The notes below the pieces were generated by a model. That model saw only the letters and a list, made by a program, of their open reading frames with translations, searched no databases and had not been told where the DNA came from. The position numbers and the translations under genes are program-made. A DNA stretch of 63,930 nt, filler included, from an uncultured Ignavibacteriales bacterium (lineage in GTDB: Bacteria; Zixibacteria; MSB-5A5; GN15; JAAZOE01), in NCBI GenBank assembly GCA_964611355.1. It is 5 parts of 5 records of this genome, joined end to end, with 100 filler letters (N's around TTAATTAATTAA, not from the genome) between each part and the next. Parts side by side here need not be neighbours in the genome. Positions count along the whole stretch, not along the records: positions 1 to 15,808 come from CAZSYD010000051.1; positions 15,909 to 31,221 come from CAZSYD010000052.1; 3 more parts are not named here. One strand, written 5' to 3'. This document shows positions 9,097-21,700 of the stretch, in pieces (the first letter of the stretch is position 1; each line of letters begins with the position of its first letter).

Positions 9097-9572
9097 CTTT
9101 CCCGTCCCTTTAATTGACGGACTTTCTGGAAAAAGGCACGCATTATTTCGGCCGCATCTTCGGCCATAACGCCACCTTCCAGTTCTATCCTGTGATTAAG
9201 GCGCGAATCGACCGGGATGTTGAAAATCGAGCCGCAGGCGCCGAATTTCGGATCCGGGACGCCAAAGACAATCTTCTTAATCCGGGCCAGGACCGCCGCT
9301 CCGGCACACATAGAACACGGTTCCAGGGTACAGTATAAAATCGCGTCGTCGAGACGCCAGTCTCCGACGGCCTGGCAGGCGGAAGTAATAGCCAGAATCT
9401 CGGCGTGAGCGGTCGGATCTTTAAGTTTTTCGATCTGATTAAAACCCCGCCCTATTAGCTGCCCATTAAGAACAATTACCGCCCCGACCGGAACTTCACC
9501 GATGCGAAAAGCTTTTTCCGCTTCCTGCAGAGCTACTTTCATCCAGTAGGAATTTCCGAATTTATCAGTCAT
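9093..9572 (-). CDS. tadA: tRNA adenosine(34) deaminase
   Basis: GEVPVGAV, DPTAHAE, TLEPCSMC, DPKFGACGS. Confidence 0.95.
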   Translation of the reverse strand: MTDKFGNSYWMKVALQEAEKAFRIGEVPVGAVIVLNGQLIGRGFNQIEKLKDPTAHAEILAITSACQAVGDWRLDDAILYCTLEPCSMCAGAAVLARIKKIVFGVPDPKFGACGSIFNIPVDSRLNHRIELEGGVMAEDAAEIMRAFFQKVRQLKGRES

Positions 9573-9666
9573 CCGGTTTATAATGTAGCTTTTGTCAATT
9601 GCGGTGGCAAGCTCTTTGGGATCGTTTTACTTGACAATCACCGGCAGCATTGGATATTTCAAAACA

Positions 9667-11199
9667 ATGAACAAGAGAAATATCAGTCGAGTCGTATATC
9701 CTGCGATTCTTGTCGTTTTATTCGGCATCTGTTATTTGCGAACGTTATTTCCCACGATCTGGTTCGGCGATACGGCTGAATTCCAGACTATCGCTTACCT
9801 GGGAGGACTCGCCCACACTACGGGATATCCTTTATATCTGACCCTTGCCAAACCGTTTGTATTTTCCCCGGTCGGCAATCCGGCATTGAATCTTAATTTC
9901 ATGTCGGCACTTTTCGGCGTTCTCACGGTATTGGCGGTCTACTGGTTGATTGCGTTTCTCGTTGAAAACCGGTTTTACGCATGGCTTGGCGCAATTGTAT
10001 TCGGCTGTGGTATAACCTTCTGGTCGCAGACGTCAATGGCCGAGGTTTACACCCTGCACAATTTCATTTTCGCCCTGATTATAATCCTTGTACTAAAATG
10101 GGAAAAATCCTCCGAGCGAAAGTACCTGCAGATCGGGCTGTTTCTTTTGGCGTTGTCGCTGGGCAATCATCTGTCGATATTGTTGCTGGTTCCTCCAATC
10201 ATCTTCCTGTCGGCGATCAAGCGTAATACTGATTCGAGATGCAACTCTCTTGGCAACATCGCAGCATTGGTATGGCCGCCTGCAATCGCTTTGTTTATCG
10301 CAATACTTCTTTATTTCATTCATGACGCGACCGCCTCGCCGTACGATCACATGCGGGCGATTGAGATGATGTCCCCCGAATCATGGGGAAAAACGGCCGC
10401 CGATTTTGACAGTTTCTGGGAACGGATGTTCCACCTTCTGACTGCCCGCCAGTTTTCCGGAAGCATGTTCAATATCGGATGGAGTGAAATATGGGAGCAC
10501 ATGGTAAAATCACTTTCTTTTGCCGTGGAAAATCTCGGGATACCGGGGATTATTTTCGGTCTGGCAGGTTTCATTGTTTTATTTTTTTCGCGATGGAAGC
10601 AGGCTGTATTTTTTGCCGTGCTTTCGCTTTCTATCCTGATTTATAATCTCGATTACGATATCTGGAAATTCGATATCGATGTTTATTTCATCCCGCTCTG
10701 GATGATCACCGTCGTTATGACGGCAATCTGCATAATGTATTTATCCGAAAAAGCGGGGGCGGTAATATCATTTGCATTTGCGCGTCAGGTCACGGCGATT
10801 ATAATCGCCCTTATTATATTGACACCGATGCTCTATGGTTCGGAGCAGGTATCCGCTATTGCCGCCGGACACCCGCCGGGTGAGCCTGACCCGTACAAGG
10901 CTTACAACAGCACCAAGTCGGTGATGCAAAAAATCGAAGACAACGCTATTATCTTTGCCCTCTGGCATCAGTTCCACGTTATCGGATATATTTTATTGGT
11001 CGAAGAAAGCCGAACCGGTATCGCCATTCACGAGTTGTTCCCGGCCGGAGAAACTTACGATTTTTCACCCAGCTATCTGGAATATATTGATGCTAATATC
11101 GATATTCGTCCAATCTATCTCACATATCCCGCGAACGATCTTAAGTTGCTCTATCGCTTTGAGTATCAGCCGCCGCTGATCAGGCTGCGAAGATATTAG
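9667..11199 (+). CDS. DUF2723-like multi-pass membrane protein (GT-C-like)
   Basis: GDTAEF, LAHTTGYPLY, WSQ..MAEVYTL, GNH; many TM helices; start moved to MNKRNIS. Confidence 0.85.
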   Translation: MNKRNISRVVYPAILVVLFGICYLRTLFPTIWFGDTAEFQTIAYLGGLAHTTGYPLYLTLAKPFVFSPVGNPALNLNFMSALFGVLTVLAVYWLIAFLVENRFYAWLGAIVFGCGITFWSQTSMAEVYTLHNFIFALIIILVLKWEKSSERKYLQIGLFLLALSLGNHLSILLLVPPIIFLSAIKRNTDSRCNSLGNIAALVWPPAIALFIAILLYFIHDATASPYDHMRAIEMMSPESWGKTAADFDSFWERMFHLLTARQFSGSMFNIGWSEIWEHMVKSLSFAVENLGIPGIIFGLAGFIVLFFSRWKQAVFFAVLSLSILIYNLDYDIWKFDIDVYFIPLWMITVVMTAICIMYLSEKAGAVISFAFARQVTAIIIALIILTPMLYGSEQVSAIAAGHPPGEPDPYKAYNSTKSVMQKIEDNAIIFALWHQFHVIGYILLVEESRTGIAIHELFPAGETYDFSPSYLEYIDANIDIRPIYLTYPANDLKLLYRFEYQPPLIRLRRY

Positions 11200-11465
11200 A
11201 TTCTTATAAAACCAAAGAAGCCCCGGAATAAAGATAACGAAATCGAATCGCCCCATTCAAGGTCGCATCGGCGACCGCGCAATGACCCGGATATGGATTT
11301 TGCTGACAGTCTGAATTATGACATCATATCCTGCCTACGAGAGCATCCACTCGCCAATCTGTCTTATGATCCAAGAAAAGGGAGTATCAGAAACCTATTG
11401 CCATTTCTGGGGGCTATATTATATTTATAGGTTAAGGGCGGAAATTGCCCGGGAGGTATTATCTT

Positions 11466-11816
11466 ATGATGATTACCCTGTGCCGAGCCAAGATTCATAG
11501 GGCCGCCATAACCGACGCCAACCTCGATTACGAAGGCTCGATTACCATAGACCGCACCCTGATGGATGCCGCCGGACTGTATCCTTTTGAGAAAGTCCAG
11601 GTGCTTAACCTGAACAACGGTTCCCGGCTGGAGACCTATATCCTGGAAGGCCCTCCCGATAGCGGAACCATTTGTCTCAACGGCCCGGCCGCCCGGCTGG
11701 GCGTAAAAGGGGACAAAGTTATTATTATCGCCTACGGCCATTTTACCCCCGAAGAGGCCGGCATGTTCAAGCCGACGCTGGTTCGTGTCGATAATAATAA
11801 CAGGGTAATCAGTTAA
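11466..11816 (+). CDS. panD: Aspartate 1-decarboxylase
   Basis: KIHRA, YEGSITID cleavage site, NGSRLETY, LNGPAAR; GGAGG RBS. Confidence 0.96.
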   Translation: MMITLCRAKIHRAAITDANLDYEGSITIDRTLMDAAGLYPFEKVQVLNLNNGSRLETYILEGPPDSGTICLNGPAARLGVKGDKVIIIAYGHFTPEEAGMFKPTLVRVDNNNRVIS

Positions 11817-12586
11817 TGAAAGACATCGCCGTTATCATCCTTGCAGCCGGTAAAGGCAAAAGGATGAAATCCGATCTTGCCAAAGTTTTGCACCGTGTTC
11901 TCGGGCGGCCGATGATTGAACATTTGTTAAACACCCTGGTAACGCTGAACGTCAAAAAGATAGTCATCGTGGTCGGATATCAGGCTGACCGGGTTAAAGA
12001 CGCTCTTTCAAAATTTAATAACAAAGCGGACTTCGTTCTGCAGGAAAGGCAACTCGGCACCGGCCACGCGGTTTTGACGGCTGAAGATAAAATCAAGGAT
12101 TTTTCAGGAGATATTCTGGTTCTGGCGGGAGACGTTCCTTTCCTTTCAGGCGAGACGATTCAAAAGCTGGTCGAGGTTCACCGCCGGGAAAAGGCGGCAG
12201 CGACGGTGCTTTCGTCTATTCCGCCGGATGCGTCCGGATACGGCCGAATCGTCCGGATACCGGGAACGGACGTGGTCGATAAAATTGTCGAACATAAGGA
12301 TGCGACCGAAGACGAAAAAAAGATCGGCGAGATCAATACCGGCACATTCTGTTTCAACTCGAAATATCTCTTTGAGGCCCTTCGGGAGGTAAAAGCGGAC
12401 AATATACAAAAAGAATATTACCTCACCGATGTAATGGAGGTTTTGAGAAACAAAGGTCACAAGGCGGCCGTGTATTTGACCGACAACGCGGACGAGGTTT
12501 TGGGCGTTAATTCGTTCGAGCAACTGGCTGATCTCGAAACCCAATTTGCCAAAAAGTTCGGATTTAATGAAGCGTCGGCGAAATAA
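11816..12586 (+). CDS. GlmU-like nucleotidyltransferase, N-terminal domain only
   Basis: ILAAGKGKRMKS, QLGTGHAV, GDVP, GYGRIVR, EYYLTD; ends at 256 aa with no hexapeptide domain. Confidence 0.88.
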   Translation: MKDIAVIILAAGKGKRMKSDLAKVLHRVLGRPMIEHLLNTLVTLNVKKIVIVVGYQADRVKDALSKFNNKADFVLQERQLGTGHAVLTAEDKIKDFSGDILVLAGDVPFLSGETIQKLVEVHRREKAAATVLSSIPPDASGYGRIVRIPGTDVVDKIVEHKDATEDEKKIGEINTGTFCFNSKYLFEALREVKADNIQKEYYLTDVMEVLRNKGHKAAVYLTDNADEVLGVNSFEQLADLETQFAKKFGFNEASAK

Positions 12587-12693
12587 TTGCGTATATTATT
12601 GTGAAGTATTCCCGTATTCCCGGTCGCCCAAAGTTGTTGACACGGGTTTTAACAACGGCTAATTTCTTTGGGTGACCTGCGAAGGTGGCAGAT

Positions 12694-13173
12694 ATGAAAA
12701 ATTTGAGAAAAATGTTTCTAGCGGCGATCATCCTGTTTTTACCGTTATCTTCCGCGGCGCAGATGGCCGACCAGGCAGAAGTCAGGGAGATCAATGAAAA
12801 ATACGACCTTGGCCTGTCCCGGCGGCCGTCGCTTCCTTTCATCAACATATCGCGGCTTAACATGACACAATCTTACAGTATCGGTTTTTACACCGGCGGA
12901 GGATTTTCCGGCACGCAGGCGCTGTATAACAACACGATCACTTACCAGTTGGCCAGACCTTTGACGCTGACATTAAATCTGTCTATTCTGCACGATCCGA
13001 GCGCTCTATGGGGTAACGAGTCGTTTAGCAATACGGCCACTTTTTTGCCGTCCGGCCGGCTTGACTGGAGACCATCGGATAATTTCCGGATGTCGATCGG
13101 GATTGAAAGATGCCCGGCTTATTACAATGCAGACTATTATAACCCGGGGAGGTACAGATTCTGGCGCGAATGA
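12694..13173 (+). CDS. Hypothetical secreted protein
   Basis: Signal peptide; sits in operon spacing. Confidence 0.7.
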   Translation: MKNLRKMFLAAIILFLPLSSAAQMADQAEVREINEKYDLGLSRRPSLPFINISRLNMTQSYSIGFYTGGGFSGTQALYNNTITYQLARPLTLTLNLSILHDPSALWGNESFSNTATFLPSGRLDWRPSDNFRMSIGIERCPAYYNADYYNPGRYRFWRE

Positions 13174-13221
13174 AACTGACAGATTCCGCCTTCCGCTTTC
13201 TCCTCCCGCAATCGTATTTCC

Positions 13222-13740
13222 ATGGCTAAGAAATCAAAAAGACCAAAAGGCGATTCCGCGTACCGCATAAAGCGGGCCAAAAACAAAAAGCCCCTGCGCT
13301 TTCTTGAGCTTGGCATTTTATTTCTCCTTGTTATTGTCGTGGTTTACGCGGCGTCATTTACGGTTCAGATCGCCAGGGGATACTCCGGAGAAAACGACGC
13401 CACCGAGTATTATCTCAATTTGCAGGTTCTAAACGGATGCGGAGAAAAAGGGCTGGCCAACAAACTGGCCAACAGGATCGAGGTTTCGGTGGAAAAACCG
13501 CTCGCCGTTCGAGTTATAGACACCGACAATTTCGATAATTTTGGAGTCGAAAAAACATTTATTATCTCCCGGAAAGAAAACTTGACTGCGGCCAACCTGC
13601 TGGCCGGGCAACTCGGCCTTGACGACGCCGTTACATACCGGGAAATAGAAGATAATTATCTTGATATCGGCGCCACCCTGGTTTTGGGCAGGGATTACCG
13701 CCAGGTGTTCGGTATCGAAGCCGGAGAAAAGGTCAATTAA
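13222..13740 (+). CDS. LytR C-terminal-domain membrane protein
   Basis: One TM, VLNGCGEKGLA, TLVLGRDY. Confidence 0.85.
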   Translation: MAKKSKRPKGDSAYRIKRAKNKKPLRFLELGILFLLVIVVVYAASFTVQIARGYSGENDATEYYLNLQVLNGCGEKGLANKLANRIEVSVEKPLAVRVIDTDNFDNFGVEKTFIISRKENLTAANLLAGQLGLDDAVTYREIEDNYLDIGATLVLGRDYRQVFGIEAGEKVN

Positions 13741-13779
13741 TTAATCATCAACCAAAGGAGTAGCAGAAAACCAATCAAC

Positions 13780-14121
13780 ATGACACCTCTCGCCCTGGCC
13801 CGCATTGCAGGAAAGCTGGCTCTTTCCAAAAAAGGTTTTGACGTCAGGATATTGAAGCTGGAAAATATTTCCTCGGTATGCGACTACTTCGTTATCTGCT
13901 CCGGATCAGTCAACGTGCACGTCAAAGCCATCGCCGACGCTATTGAGCGGGGACTTCGCGAAAAAGGAGTTCGCCCCTCCCACCGGGAGGGCGCCGATGA
14001 AGCAACGTGGGTACTGCTGGACTACTTTGATGTAGTCGTTCATGTGTTCAGCGAAAAGGCGCGGCAGTTCTATGCGCTGGAAAAACTCTGGGGCGACGCC
14101 CCTGTGGAAAACCTGAATTAA
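13780..14121 (+). CDS. rsfS: Ribosome silencing factor
   Basis: DYFVICSG, WVLLDYFDVVVHVF, FYALEKLWGDA. Confidence 0.95.
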   Translation: MTPLALARIAGKLALSKKGFDVRILKLENISSVCDYFVICSGSVNVHVKAIADAIERGLREKGVRPSHREGADEATWVLLDYFDVVVHVFSEKARQFYALEKLWGDAPVENLN

Positions 14122-14212
14122 ACAGGCCGGTAAAACGGCTCCATCATTTCGTTGCAACACGAATTAATCGGAAATAGAAATTCTAAATAGCTTTTAGTAA
14201 CGAGGGAGTAAG

Positions 14213-15460
<1,248 letters not shown>

Positions 15461-15642
15461 AACCGCAGCAGATGTGGACATCTGCGGCGCACAAATCCTT
15501 ACGCTCCATTTGGGCTCCGGAATAAGCTTATATTCCATTTGAATATATTGGAATAATATATTATATATTTATGGGCTGGGGTGTTTTCCATTTATTTCAA
15601 TCAGTCCAGCTCTGTTAGCTCTTGATAAATCGGGGGTTTGTT

Positions 15643-15808
15643 ATGGAGACCGGTTACATAATCGCAATTGCCGCCATTGTCATACCAATTCTTACTACCA
15701 TTGCAATTATTGCATATAAGAACCGGAAAAAACGAAAAAGGCAGCTTGGGGCCGGTGGCAAGCGGTTTTCGGATATGGGGCCGGAGGATATTCTTGGGAT
15801 TCGCGGAT
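15643..15808 (+). CDS. Small single-TM protein truncated at contig end
   Basis: METGYIIAIAAIV TM followed by basic stretch; runs into linker. Confidence 0.45.
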
Positions 15809-15908
15809 NNNNNNNNNNNNNNNNNNNNNNNNNNNNNNNNNNNNNNNNNNNNTTAATTAATTAANNNNNNNNNNNNNNNNNNNNNNNNNNNNNNNNNNNN
15901 NNNNNNNN
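15809..15908. other. Artificial contig linker
   Basis: 44 N + TTAATTAATTAA (six-frame stop) + 44 N. Confidence 0.99.
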
Positions 15909-15994
15909 ATATAAAACTTGATTTTTGATTGTTGCAGGACTACCGTAACCTTCAAGGGAGAAGCTGCAAATGAAGCGATTTGCGGCGGTTTTGT

Positions 15995-16549
15995 ATGTCC
16001 AAAGTTAACGCATCGCCGGCGAATTACGATCTTTTCGAGAATATTGATAAGCCCGCAGGCACGGCCGGTTCGTCCGTGAGCGACCTCCCCGATGTGGAAG
16101 ATTTGAACCGAATGTTTCATATTTACAATCAACAGTATTTCGGTGGCAAACTGCCCAGGGTAAAAGTAACTTATTCTCGGCGAATGCTGGTGGCGGGCGG
16201 GTATTATCCGGCGAAGAGGGAGATCAGAATATCGGAGAAATACCACCGGGTTTTTCCCGACGAAGTGTACGATACCCTCAAGCACGAAATGATCCATATT
16301 GTCCATTTCAAGCATGATGCCGCTTTCAAAAGAGTTGCCCGACGAATAGGAGCGTCGGTGCGGGCCAACGAACATCCGGCCCTGCGACTTCCGCCCCGGT
16401 ATATTTACATCTGCCCGTGTTGCTTTACCGAATACCCGCGGCGCAAACGGTTGCGGATGGCCTCCTGTGGCAATTGCTCCAAGGACGGCTTTGATCCCAG
16501 GTATAAATTGATCCTGAAGAAGCGGCTCAAAAGGGCGGCGAAAAGTTGA
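15995..16549 (+). CDS. SprT-like zinc metalloprotease
   Basis: NQQYFGGKLP, HEMIH (HExxH), C-terminal Cys cluster. Confidence 0.88.
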   Translation: MSKVNASPANYDLFENIDKPAGTAGSSVSDLPDVEDLNRMFHIYNQQYFGGKLPRVKVTYSRRMLVAGGYYPAKREIRISEKYHRVFPDEVYDTLKHEMIHIVHFKHDAAFKRVARRIGASVRANEHPALRLPPRYIYICPCCFTEYPRRKRLRMASCGNCSKDGFDPRYKLILKKRLKRAAKS

Positions 16550-16629
16550 ATGATTCGAAAACCGAAGGAAGGGCCGTTTTTAGTTTACGCTTGACAGGTT
16601 CGCGCAGATTACGGATTATTACTTTTGAT

Positions 16630-16714
16630 GGAGGAGTGGCTGAGTGGTCGAAAGCGGCGGTCTTGAAAACCGTTGTACCGCAAGGTACCGTGGGTTCGAA
16701 TCCTACCTCCTCCG
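16630..16714 (+). tRNA. tRNA-Ser(TGA)
   Basis: GGAGGAG/CTCCTCC stem, CTTGAAA loop, long variable arm, GTTCGAATC; CCA not encoded. Confidence 0.96.
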
Positions 16715-16920
16715 CTTTGATATGTAACATGTTGTGATACAATATCTTACACCGTAGGTTCGAAGTTTTTCGAACGGGTTTCTACTGAAATAGAACGCGA
16801 TTGAGCTATCAACTCTCGAATGGGATGAAAAACTCTTCCTATTGGGGGTTGTTAGTTTAACTCCCGAGATAATCATTACTCGCCTGTCGGCTAACAGGAA
16901 GATTTAAAAATCGATTGTTC

Positions 16921-16950
16921 TTGACGGAAAGTTTGAAAAATGGCTATATT
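16921..16950 (+). promoter_or_regulatory. Putative sigma70 promoter of islet operon
   Basis: TTGACG-18 bp-TATATT upstream of the small regulator ORF. Confidence 0.45.
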
Positions 16951-16982
16951 TGTATCCACTCGATTAGTCTTGGAGTTCTGAC

Positions 16983-17162
16983 ATGGCGACATCCTCAAAG
17001 GAAGCCTACAGAGGCCCAATGATTCATATCCGACTGGACGGGTCAACTCATAGACAGCTTCGAATTCTCGTTGCTAAGCAGGACACCACGATTCAACAAC
17101 TGGTTAATCATCTGATTCGACGCGAAGTCGAAAAAGAGAATAAACGAGGACGGTCGAAATAG
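16983..17162 (+). CDS. Small ribbon-helix-helix DNA-binding protein (59 aa, below ORF-track cutoff)
   Basis: GGAG RBS; MATSSKEAYRGPMIHIRLDGSTHRQLRILVAKQDTTIQQLVNHLIRREVEKENKRGRSK. Confidence 0.75.
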   Translation: MATSSKEAYRGPMIHIRLDGSTHRQLRILVAKQDTTIQQLVNHLIRREVEKENKRGRSK

Positions 17163-17244
17163 GAGTAGCTTGAACCCACGGGAGAGACCAGTGTTACTGT
17201 TTTGAGAATCGTGTGAACCGTATTACCGACTGAAAGGACACTAC

Positions 17245-18696
17245 GTGCATATATTCGAAGAACTTCGTCTAAAGGCAATCGCAGTTAATGCCCTCTTGCT
17301 CGTGCTGTGCTGTTTTCAGTTTGGAGAGGCTCAAACTGTCTCCCTGAATGAGTATCTGACGATGGTTAAACAGAACCATCCGTTCTTCGCTGGTGAGTCT
17401 CTTTCCGTCAACATTAGTGTTGAGTCGCAGGCGCGGTATCTTGGTGACAAGGACTGGCTTGTTGAGTCATCCCCTTATGTCAGTTACGAAGATCGGAGCG
17501 GGCTGTTTAACATCACCTACAACAAGTCCAGTCAGGTACAGATAAACGGTTCTCTCCAGAAGAGAGTTTGGAAGACAGGCGGCCGATTATCAATGGCTTA
17601 TAGTTCTGCTTATTCTAATCAGGATTATCGAACTCTGTTTTCAGGAAATCCATCAGAGTTTTTCAAGCAGCAGCTTTCTGTAACGTATTCTCATCCGTTG
17701 CTGAAAAACCAGGGTGGCATTCTCGATCGACTTGAGTTTGAATTGGCTGTGTATACTACTAATTTCACGGACATCCAATCACAGGAGAACCAGGAGGATT
17801 TTCTCCTTAACGCAGGTATTAGCTTTCTCGATTGGATTCTCATGGAAGAACAGCTACGTATCAATAGAGAGCGACAGCTGTTGGCCGAAGAGGAGCTTAA
17901 GTCATCAAAAGAGAAGTACAAGGCTCATTTGATAGATAAGGTCGACGTCTTAAGGCAAGAGGATGCCCTGAGGATCGCCAAACAGAATGTCGTTTTGTCT
18001 CAATCACAGGCGTCAGCTAAACAGACCGAACTAGCGATATTTGCACAATCACCTTCGATTGCTGAATCCAAGCCCGAATATGACATATATAACTCGGTTA
18101 CCATTGACGACATCGAGGAAGTAATCAGTAGACTTAATGGCGAATCTCGCTTACTAAAGGCACTGGATGTCTTGGTAGATCAGATCACACTGAGGACAAA
18201 AGGACTTTTCAATCAGGCAAGGCCTCAACTTGATCTTAATGTCGGCACCGTTCTAATCGAAGATGATGAAAGTCTTGGAAGGTCATTTGGTGTGGACAAT
18301 CCTAGTCTGTTCTTAGGTCTACAGTTTACATATCCTTTGGGAAATCATACCAGCAAGGCCGATATAAGAAAATCTGAATTCGAGCTTCAACAACTGAAGA
18401 CTGATAAAGAGAGTGTTTTTCTAGATCTCGAAGCCTCGATACGGGCTCTTTCAATTCAGATTAATGAGATGGAGAGTGTCTTAGAGTTAAACCTGGGGCA
18501 AATAGAATCCGCTCAAGAGAGAACACTCGAAGAAACGAAAATATACGAACAAGGTCGCGGTGACATGACGTTTGTCATTCAAAGCCAAGACAACGAAGCT
18601 AACGCACGACTTACATATCTTAATAACGCTATCGCTTATCACAAACTTGTCCTTCAATATCGAGCCTTGCGAGATCAATTACTTGATTCAGATTAA
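17245..18696 (+). CDS. TolC-family outer membrane efflux protein
   Basis: 483 aa, signal peptide, helical OEP repeats, directly upstream of RND gene. Confidence 0.88.
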   Translation: MHIFEELRLKAIAVNALLLVLCCFQFGEAQTVSLNEYLTMVKQNHPFFAGESLSVNISVESQARYLGDKDWLVESSPYVSYEDRSGLFNITYNKSSQVQINGSLQKRVWKTGGRLSMAYSSAYSNQDYRTLFSGNPSEFFKQQLSVTYSHPLLKNQGGILDRLEFELAVYTTNFTDIQSQENQEDFLLNAGISFLDWILMEEQLRINRERQLLAEEELKSSKEKYKAHLIDKVDVLRQEDALRIAKQNVVLSQSQASAKQTELAIFAQSPSIAESKPEYDIYNSVTIDDIEEVISRLNGESRLLKALDVLVDQITLRTKGLFNQARPQLDLNVGTVLIEDDESLGRSFGVDNPSLFLGLQFTYPLGNHTSKADIRKSEFELQQLKTDKESVFLDLEASIRALSIQINEMESVLELNLGQIESAQERTLEETKIYEQGRGDMTFVIQSQDNEANARLTYLNNAIAYHKLVLQYRALRDQLLDSD

Positions 18697-18705
18697 GGAG
18701 ATGCT

Positions 18706-21700
18706 TTGTATTCGTTCTTCAAATTCTTTGCTGCTCGTCATAAGTTAGCTAATCTCTTTACCATTGCAGTAATTCTCTTAGGGCTACACGCCCTTACCTA
18801 TATACAGCGAGATCGGCGCCCGCAAGTGGACTTTGGCCAAATGACAGTGACAACTCGGTATCTAGGTGCGTCGTCAGAAGATGTTGAGTTGAATGTAACT
18901 AACAAGATTGAAGAACAGTTGAAGGGCGTGAGGGGTATTGATGACATTGTCTCTTTCTCAATGGAGAATATGTCGACTATCCAGGTCAATATCGATCCAG
19001 ACGCAAGCGATCCGGATGAGATCAAGTTGGAGATACGAGAGGCGGTTGGTAGAGTCACGGATCTCCCCCCAGAAGTTGACGATTTACCTTCGGTTAAAGA
19101 TATCAAATCCTCAATCATGCCCGTACTCGAAGTCGGAATTACAGGCGACATTCCTTATAGGGAAAAGCGGTCCATTGTCGATCGCCTTGAGAAACGCCTG
19201 GAGGAACTCCCTGGCGTCTCCTCTGTGGAGAAGTATGGTTATCGAGCACGTGAGATAAAAATAGAAGTGAAGTCGTCCGCCCTGGAAAACTATCAGATCT
19301 CACTGGGCGAAATTATCGCGGCCGTGCGAGGGCAGAATATCCGGGCTACAGCCGGTACTTTCGAATCGTATACTAGCGAAAAGAGTGTCGTTACGCTGGC
19401 CCAGTTTCGTGATCCGTACGAAGTTGGAGATGTAATAATTCGTTCTACGTTTGAGGGACTGCAAATCAAGGTCAAGGACCTGGCGATTATCCGTGATGAT
19501 TTTGAGGATGAAACGGTTATGTCCATGGTGAACTCCGAGCCAGCCCTGTCTTTATTGATAAGCAAGAAGGAAAACGCTGATATTATCCGAACCGTAGATG
19601 CTGTCAAGAAGGCAGTATTGAAGGAACAAAAGTCATTCCCTGATGGCATCGGTGTCCACTACGCCAACGATACTTCGCATCGCGTTCGAAGTAGAATGGA
19701 TGTTGTTCTCTCGAATGCGGCCATGGGGTTGGTGTTGGTTATTTTGGTGCTGACGGCCTTTTTGAGATTTCGCACGGCTTTATGGGTAGCCCTCAGTATT
19801 CCGGTCACATTGCTCGGTGTGATATTCTTGTTACAAGCATTCAACGAGCTTTTAAGCTCAATCGCCTTGGCAGCCATGGTATTGGTGCTGGGGATAATCG
19901 TCGATGATGCGATTGTAATAGCCGAAAACATCCACCGTCACCGGGAAAATGGGAAGAATCCCTTGGAGGCTGCCACCGAGGGTATTAGAGAAGTATTTGC
20001 GCCGGTCGTCACAACTATACTGACCACAGCTCTTGCTTTTATTCCCATGTTTTTCATCTCCGGGCGCATGGGAAAGTTCATCTATGTGATTCCACTGGTT
20101 GTGTGTTTGGCTTTGTTTGTCTCATTGATTGAAGTAACTATCGCTCTTCCAGCTCACATTCTCGTGGGGTTGAAGCGTATATCAGGTAAGGAAAAGACTA
20201 ATGGTGGTCGGGCGTGGTTTCAGCCAATCCAGAGATTATTCAAGTTCGTGATCTACTATGTACTCAAACTGCGTTACATATTTGTTACCCTTTTTGTCAT
20301 TCTGTTTGTGTTCTCTGCAAGGCACGCGATAACAAGCATGGATTTTGTCCTATTCCCGAGTGGTAATGCCGATGAACTCAGCGTTCAGATAGAGATGCCA
20401 ATTGGTACGCCCCTTCAGGTAACCTCAGAAAAAACAGCTGAGGTGGAGCAATTGATTGATTCACTTCTAGGGGATGAGCTCGTTTCCTCAATTACCAGAG
20501 TAGGCCGGGGAGGCGATTTTGCTGGTGTTGAGGTCGAGAATATGGCACAGATTGCTCTCATATTGACCCCGCCTAGTCAACGTGATAGATCAGGTGTTGA
20601 AATCGTAAAAGAGCTTAGAAAAAAGGGACGCGATATTCCAGGAATCAGTAAGATTACCTATTCAGTGAAATCGGTAGGATTCGCACTTGCGGGTAAGCCA
20701 ATATCTCTTAGAGTAGTTGGTTCTGATGATGTAATGAGAAGAAAACTCGCCGACTCCCTTGAGACTATATTGTCGTCTATGGACGGAGTCAGAGATATTG
20801 AGCGCGATGATAAATATGGAAAAGAACAGATTGAGATCGTCGCGAACCGTGATAAGCTAGCGAGAGCCGATTTGACGATAGCGGATATTGCCCAAAATAT
20901 ACGTATTGCATACGACGGGCAAATAGTAACCTCGGTCAGGTACGGCGAAGAGGATGTCGATTTTCGTGTTTCTCTTCAAGCCAAAGCCCGCAAGAGCTTA
21001 GAATACCTTTCGGAGTTGTTAATTCCAAACAAGAAGGGTCGGTTGATTCCATTAGGAGAAGTATCGAGTTTCAAGACTAGCCCGGGACCAACGAACTTCT
21101 ACCATTATAACGGCGAGCGGGCAGTAACGATTTCCGCAAGTATAGATCAAGACATAACATCGCCAATGGCCGCAACAAAGAACATCCTCGGACAAATAGA
21201 CCTCGAGAAAGACTGGACTGGGATGCGACTCAAGACCGGTGGCGAGTCAAAAGAGTCAGGCTCTTCAATGATTAGCCTCCTGGCGGCGCTTGCCTTCGCA
21301 GTCATAGGCATATATTTCTTACTGATCTTGCTATTCAATTCTTTCTCACAACCTCTGATGGTTCTGCTGGCAATCCCATTTGGCCTTATAGGAGTAATCG
21401 GAGCATTCGTCCTGCATGATCAAGTGCCGAGCTTTGTAGGTATGCTTGGTGTTATTGGCCTTGCTGGAGTTGTTGTAAACGACTCGCTGGTACTCGTCAA
21501 TCACATCAACAGACTCAGAGAAGGAAGTCATAAGACGAATATTCTGCAGATAGTTGTCGAAGGGACCACGGATAGGCTTCGACCGATTTTGATTACAACA
21601 TTCACTACTGTTGCAAGTCTGTTACCCCTTGCCTACGGAATCGGTGGCTCAGACGAGATGATGACCCCCATGGCACTTGCACTTGGATATGGGCTATTGT

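Noticed and set aside
15468..15485. Palindrome GCAGATGT-GG-ACATCTGC after rho
   Set aside because: No U tract and single copy seen; cannot assign
16630..16714. tRNA-Sec or suppressor tRNA
   Set aside because: Anticodon TGA reads UCA (Ser); normal 7-bp acceptor stem
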